Positions 59,228 through 64,000 of a stretch of 64,000 nucleotides of DNA are shown piece after piece. Numbering within the stretch: position 1 is the first letter of the stretch; each line of letters opens with the position of its first letter. Position numbers and translations under genes: made by a program. Under the pieces are notes generated by a model that was not told the origin of the DNA, did no database searches, and saw only the letters and a list, made by a program, of their open reading frames with translations. Origin of the DNA: an uncultured virus (IMG/VR IMGVR_UViG_3300043427_001443). Its lineage: Duplodnaviria > Heunggongvirae > Uroviricota > Caudoviricetes. The DNA is taken from IMG/VR virus record IMGVR_UViG_3300043427_001443, one strand, 5' to 3'.

Positions 59228-60079
59228 ATGGACAATCAAGAAAAACCCAAATCCGATATCGAGCTGCCAGGAAAAACTGCCACAGAAGTTGTAGCAAAAA
59301 TTTCCGAGTTAATGAAACAACAGCAGCAACAAAAACCAACTGCTACTACCAGTCAAGGCACTGGACAGCCCTATGACTTTAGCAAGATTCACTTGCACAT
59401 AGGTATTCCTTGCTACGGCGGCATGATGAGTGAACCCACTGTTACCAGTTTACTAAAGTTTATCTTAATGGCAGCTAGAGCTGGACTAAACTGGAGTCTA
59501 GACACCATGGTTAATGAAAGCCTTATTACTCGTGGCAGAAATAACCTAATGGCCAAGATGATGAGCAATAAAGCTGCTACACATTTTATGTTCATTGATG
59601 CTGATATTAGATTTGAGCCTGAAGCTATTTTTCAAATGTTGGTCTATGAAAAAGACGTAATCGGCGGTCTTTACCCTAAGAAAAGTATCCCTACTAACTA
59701 TGTGATTAACCTGTTGCCACAAACACAGATCCAAGGTGATGTGTTTACTGTGGACACCATGGGCACAGGGTTTCTGATTTTCAAACGTGATGTTTATCAA
59801 AAGCTGTGCGATGCACATCCTGAAAGCAAGTATGTGGATGACGTAGGCTTGGGCAAACAATACGAGCCTTACATGTATGCTATCTTTGACACTGAGATTG
59901 ATCAGAAAGGCCACTATCTCAGTGAGGATTGGCTGTTTTGTCGTCGTTGGCAAGAACTAGGTGGTACTATTTGGGCACACAGCAAGGTATTGTTAAACCA
60001 TTGCGGTCACTATGAATACAAAGGAGACCTCAGCCAAATGCCAGACTTTACCAGAGCTAAAACTGCTACAGCAGCTTAA
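59228..60079 (+). CDS. GT-A fold glycosyltransferase-like protein
   Basis: IGIPCYGG, ESLITRGRN, FIDADI, GTGF, LSEDW.FC. Confidence 0.8.
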   Translation: MDNQEKPKSDIELPGKTATEVVAKISELMKQQQQQKPTATTSQGTGQPYDFSKIHLHIGIPCYGGMMSEPTVTSLLKFILMAARAGLNWSLDTMVNESLITRGRNNLMAKMMSNKAATHFMFIDADIRFEPEAIFQMLVYEKDVIGGLYPKKSIPTNYVINLLPQTQIQGDVFTVDTMGTGFLIFKRDVYQKLCDAHPESKYVDDVGLGKQYEPYMYAIFDTEIDQKGHYLSEDWLFCRRWQELGGTIWAHSKVLLNHCGHYEYKGDLSQMPDFTRAKTATAA

Positions 60080-60128
60080 ATCGAGTCCGCCCAGGCGGTC
60101 TTTATTCTAGGACCATAAATATGTTATT

Positions 60129-60875
60129 ATGTTCCTAACCGAGTTATTTGAAGCCGCTACACAGCCATATTTGGTAGTCTATCCAGGTAGATTTCAACCT
60201 TTTCACAAAGGGCATCGTGCAGTCTACGATTACCTAGTAAAGAAGTATGGTCGTGATCATGTGTTTATTGCTACCAGCAACAAGGTAGACCCTCCTAGAA
60301 GTCCTTTTACGTTTAGTCAAAAGGCACAGTTTATGCAGTTAACTGGTGTGCCCATGGATCGTGTGGTAGAAACACGCGATCCATATCGTGCACCAGAGCT
60401 AACGCAACATTACCCAGAAAACACTAGACTGATATTTGCGGTCAGCGAAAAAGACATGTCAGAAGATCCACGGTTTTCAAAGTGGACTAAAAAAGATGGG
60501 TCACCTAGCTACTTTCAACCCATGCCCAGCAGTGCCAGCGACATGGTAGGCATGAATCAACATGGTTATATTATGACTGTGCCCACGTTTAATTTCACTG
60601 TCTTGGGCGAGCCCATGCGTAGTGCTACTCAAGTACGAGCACAATTTGCTGCTGCCGACGACGAAACACAAAAGGCCATTATACGAGACCTATTTGGATC
60701 CTATGATGAGCATGTACATCAAATCATGAAACAGCACATACATGAAGATGCTGCGGGCGTAGGTGTAATTGCCAGCAATAAACAACGCCGGGATCCACGC
60801 TATCTTAATAGTCTAACAGTAGATGTTCAACCAGGCACACAGCGCAAGATGATGCGAGCCATGCGTTTAATATAA
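60129..60875 (+). CDS. HxGH nucleotidyltransferase (cytidylyltransferase-like)
   Basis: YPGRFQPFHKGH, SATQVR. Confidence 0.8.
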   Translation: MFLTELFEAATQPYLVVYPGRFQPFHKGHRAVYDYLVKKYGRDHVFIATSNKVDPPRSPFTFSQKAQFMQLTGVPMDRVVETRDPYRAPELTQHYPENTRLIFAVSEKDMSEDPRFSKWTKKDGSPSYFQPMPSSASDMVGMNQHGYIMTVPTFNFTVLGEPMRSATQVRAQFAAADDETQKAIIRDLFGSYDEHVHQIMKQHIHEDAAGVGVIASNKQRRDPRYLNSLTVDVQPGTQRKMMRAMRLI

Positions 60876-60901
60876 ATATAGTTTATTAACTCTGGACCAC
60901 T

Positions 60902-61384
60902 ATGAAACCTACCGACTTTATCACAGAAAATCACAACATTGTACAGGCTGTTGTCGAAATGCATGATGATCATGAGATTCAAATGGCTCGCGAACAGTGC
61001 TATAATGCTGCCAGCAATGCCATTGAACTGCATCGTATGCTCAAACAGATCACTGAGCGTGAAGGCTTAGAAGGCTGGGTACAAGAGAAAATCACACTAG
61101 CCAATGACTATTTGCGTCAGGTCAAAGAGTGGATGGAACATGATCTACTACAGCGCAACGCCATGCCAGTTGCAGCCATGGGCGAAGATGCCAGTGCTGG
61201 TGCTAGTTCAGCTGGAGCAGTAGCAACCAGTACTGCTGTACCAAAAAGTCGTATTCCTGCTTATCAACGTAAAAAGTTTGGTGGCAAAGATTGGAAAGTT
61301 ACTGCCAAGGACATAGAAAAAGAACCCAGTCAAAAGAACTTAATCAGTCACCCGCAGGTGCTGCGTCGTAACATTGGTGCATGA
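60902..61384 (+). CDS. Probable internal head protein
   Basis: MKPTDFITE leader; LEGWVQEKIT.A.DY; TATAAATA upstream. Confidence 0.7.
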   Translation: MKPTDFITENHNIVQAVVEMHDDHEIQMAREQCYNAASNAIELHRMLKQITEREGLEGWVQEKITLANDYLRQVKEWMEHDLLQRNAMPVAAMGEDASAGASSAGAVATSTAVPKSRIPAYQRKKFGGKDWKVTAKDIEKEPSQKNLISHPQVLRRNIGA

Positions 61385-61385
61385 T

Positions 61386-61706
61386 ATGAGTCGTATACTA
61401 TCTGTGCTCAAAGAAGTTGATCAGTTAAAAGAAATAGGACCTATACAGCCTATTAAACCTGTCGGCATGGCCACTGCACCCAAGCCAGCACCAGGTGCAC
61501 AAACACAGCAGGCAGTAGCACCAACTACACCTGCAGCCAATGTACAAGTAACAGGTACACAAACTGGTTCGCAGCCTGCTCCTCAGTCCAGTGCTACCGC
61601 AAATCCAGCAATGAATGCCAAGAATTTTTCAGACACACTCAAGGACATAATGACCAATGCAGGTCTACGTTCTGAATTTGAAAAATTGATAGCCAAGGTA
61701 AAATAA
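61386..61706 (+). CDS. Hypothetical late protein
   Basis: ORF. Confidence 0.65.
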   Translation: MSRILSVLKEVDQLKEIGPIQPIKPVGMATAPKPAPGAQTQQAVAPTTPAANVQVTGTQTGSQPAPQSSATANPAMNAKNFSDTLKDIMTNAGLRSEFEKLIAKVK

Positions 61707-61707
61707 C

Positions 61708-62115
61708 ATGCGAGTACATGACCTATTCCGCGAAGACGAGGATCAGCCCGTCAGCAAACCTGCCATGCCTAATCCTGAAGATCGTGTAAGCATGGATGTA
61801 CCCTTACTGCTGCGTATCATGGAATACGCCAGAGAAGATGCCAAAACAGACATGGATCTACACGTAGTAGCAGATCGCATGGTCAAGCTCAGCGGAACCG
61901 GTAACACCTTAGGCATGCAACACTACAATCAAATAGTACCACAAGCTCAAAACGAAGGTGATGCTGCTGCTGAAAAACTTATTCATGATGTCGAGTACGA
62001 TCCTGATGACTACCAGGATGACGAAGAAGATGTGCAAGAAGGTTATGGTCGTTATTGGTGCAGTACTGACAAACGTTGGAAGGAACGCAAGGGTCCTAAG
62101 CAGTCAAGGAGCTAG
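61708..62115 (+). CDS. Probable internal head protein
   Basis: MDVPLLLR.MEYAREDAKTDMDLH; basic module after VQE|G. Confidence 0.7.
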   Translation: MRVHDLFREDEDQPVSKPAMPNPEDRVSMDVPLLLRIMEYAREDAKTDMDLHVVADRMVKLSGTGNTLGMQHYNQIVPQAQNEGDAAAEKLIHDVEYDPDDYQDDEEDVQEGYGRYWCSTDKRWKERKGPKQSRS

Positions 62116-62118
62116 ACC

Positions 62119-64000
62119 ATGCGAGCTCGTAATTTTATAGCAGAAGCAGAACTATTTGAAATAAACATGAGTCCTGGCAACCTTAAACAGTTGGCCAGTA
62201 AAATAGACGCTCGTGTGGGCATGGAATTTGAAATGATTGTGCCCAATGTTGAATCCGATGAAAGTAGCGAAAGCGAACCCGATTATACCAATGATGAGCG
62301 TGTACGCGGTTGGAGTTCCATTGAACAATTTTTCAACGACGGTGAATGGAACTCGAGATCGTCAGTGTCTGATCTACATAACGAACTGTTTCAAGAATAC
62401 ACAGAAAGTGACTACTGGCGGGAAGCCGAAGACTCGTGGTGGGAAGAAAACCAAGAATACTATGTAGAACAAGCAGTTGAAAAAGAACTAGGCGAAGAGC
62501 TATGGGCACAGGCCGCAGAACAATTAGGCGACAAGAAGTTTGCCGACGAGCGTGACCGTAAGAATGCCATACAAGAGATATACAGCACTCTGGTCTCGGA
62601 TCGTAGAGATGAAAGTATACAAAACACAGACGAGATCTATGACCTCGCTCAAGACGAAGCCATGGAGGAGTCTGAGCCAGACCATGGCACCGGATTTGAT
62701 CGTTTCCTACGTGGCACATACAGCTACATGACAGACATTGAAAGTAATTTTGCTAGTATAATAACTTGGCCGCATTGGGAAATGGCCGGCGATGCTGATG
62801 TTGATGTTGGCACAGTAGCCAACGATTTTTCACCTTATGTGGGCATGAAGGTTGACTACAGCCAAAGTTATCACGGTGCCAAGCGTAAACCAGACACTTA
62901 TGTGGTCGAACCCGACTCGAGTTTGAGTGGCGACAATCCCGGTGACGCAGGCTTAGAGTTTGTGAGTCCACCACTGACCCTAGAGCAAATGGGCAAACAC
63001 TTGGAAGGTGTGCGAGAATTTGCTCGCGACCATAACTGCTACACTAATCGTACCACTGGCCTACATATCAATGTCAGCGTGCCCAACATGAACTTAGAAA
63101 ACCTAGACTATGTGAAATTGGCTCTGCTGCTAGGTGACAAGTATGTACTAGAACAATTTGGTAGGTCGGCTAATACCTATACCAAGAGTGCCATGGATGA
63201 AATACTGACCCGGGCCAAAAGCAATCGTGATCAAGTTCCTGGCCTGTTAGACATGATGAAAAATGGCCTAAACAAAATGGCCAGCAAAATGATACACAGT
63301 GGCATAACCGGCAAGTATACCAGTATTAATACCAAAGACAAATACATTGAGTTTCGCAGCCCAGGTGGCGACTGGCTCAATGAAGACCTAGACAAGATTG
63401 TAGCCACTATGAATCGCTTTGCTGTGGCCTTAGACGCCGCAGTTGATCCAGAAAAGTACAAAGAGGAATACAGTAAAAAATTATACAAAGTCATAGCACC
63501 AGAAGATGCTGATGATACTATCAAGTACTTTGCCAAATATGCAGCAGGAGCCATGCCCAAGGCAGCACTAAAGAGTTTCCTCAAGCAGGCTAAACTAGAA
63601 CGCGAAGTCAAGCGTAAGCCAGATGATGGTAAACGCTACTGGTGGAAGGTCACAGTGGCAGGTAGTGGTGCAGGAGCGGAAGTAGTTGCTGCTAATCGGG
63701 ATGAAGCCATTGATGCTACCATAGCCTCTAACTCGGCGCTGGCACGATACAATCGCGGTGCGTTTACTGCCAAGGTCCTTAGACCCTACGAAGGACCCGA
63801 GACTCCACAAAACAATACACCTGTAAGTGGTACAGGTAGTGCCCAACCGCCGGCACAGGAACAACCTCGTAGACAAGATGGATCAATGACTGCACCCGAA
63901 AGTGATCCTGATGCTAACTTTGCTGTTATAAGATCCAGTGACAATGCTGTAATCAACTATTTTACTCGTAATACCAGACAGGAAGCAGATCAAGCATTTA
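62119..64000 (+). CDS. Large protein with putative amidoligase (COOH-NH2 ligase) domain; runs off the window end, not in ORF track
   Basis: Own translation: VGMEFEM, EPDSSL, GLEFVSPPL, TTGLHINVS, KY.SIN, YIEFRSPGG; no stop before 64000. Confidence 0.8.
   Translation, partial: MRARNFIAEAELFEINMSPGNLKQLASKIDARVGMEFEMIVPNVESDESSESEPDYTNDERVRGWSSIEQFFNDGEWNSRSSVSDLHNELFQEYTESDYWREAEDSWWEENQEYYVEQAVEKELGEELWAQAAEQLGDKKFADERDRKNAIQEIYSTLVSDRRDESIQNTDEIYDLAQDEAMEESEPDHGTGFDRFLRGTYSYMTDIESNFASIITWPHWEMAGDADVDVGTVANDFSPYVGMKVDYSQSYHGAKRKPDTYVVEPDSSLSGDNPGDAGLEFVSPPLTLEQMGKHLEGVREFARDHNCYTNRTTGLHINVSVPNMNLENLDYVKLALLLGDKYVLEQFGRSANTYTKSAMDEILTRAKSNRDQVPGLLDMMKNGLNKMASKMIHSGITGKYTSINTKDKYIEFRSPGGDWLNEDLDKIVATMNRFAVALDAAVDPEKYKEEYSKKLYKVIAPEDADDTIKYFAKYAAGAMPKAALKSFLKQAKLEREVKRKPDDGKRYWWKVTVAGSGAGAEVVAANRDEAIDATIASNSALARYNRGAFTAKVLRPYEGPETPQNNTPVSGTGSAQPPAQEQPRRQDGSMTAPESDPDANFAVIRSSDNAVINYFTRNTRQEADQAF

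Noticed and set aside
1..64000. Stop-codon reassignment as seen in some large phages
   Set aside because: Conserved genes are full length in the standard code, and TAA, TAG and TGA all end genes at expected positions
1..64000. Bacterial chromosome or prophage origin
   Set aside because: Host-like genes lack their usual operon partners and are mixed with virion, lysis and T4-type late-promoter features; no integrase was seen

Overview
The window is a 64-kb segment of a large lytic dsDNA phage genome (T4-like/jumbo type, AT-rich, genes mostly on the + strand, standard genetic code). Evidence for this includes tail/baseplate-like genes, a lysis cassette (spanins, GH19 endolysin, holin), a clamp loader, a split DnaE fragment, PhoH, MazG, T4-type TAAATA late promoters and near-consensus sigma70 early promoters. 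It is rich in host-like auxiliary genes: proteostasis (dnaK, hsp20, dnaJ, groES, clpS, clpA, yccA), translation (infA, tmRNA), Fe-S and oxidative stress (erpA, iscU, sod, ahpC, ahpD, terC, uvsE), uptake (pstS, BMP lipoprotein, small beta-barrel), glycosyl/methyltransferases and a class III nucleotide cyclase. These proteins look proteobacterial, so a proteobacterial host is inferred. The most notable features read from the sequence and absent from the ORF track are: (1) a circularly permuted two-piece tmRNA whose intervening segment holds a 33-aa membrane-peptide ORF; (2) an array of repeated promoter cassettes that supply the upstream gene's stop codon and often carry a TGTTG-N8-CAACA palindrome; (3) many late proteins with T4 capsid-targeting-like leaders, plus a modular 'GVAEG' polyprotein with DNA-level junction repeats; (4) ROSE-like thermometers before both dnaK and hsp20; (5) a probable -1 frameshift extension of a small secreted peptide; (6) late promoters embedded in hairpins that hide the start codon; (7) a Pho box before pstS. 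All family calls come from motif recognition by eye; no searches were run.
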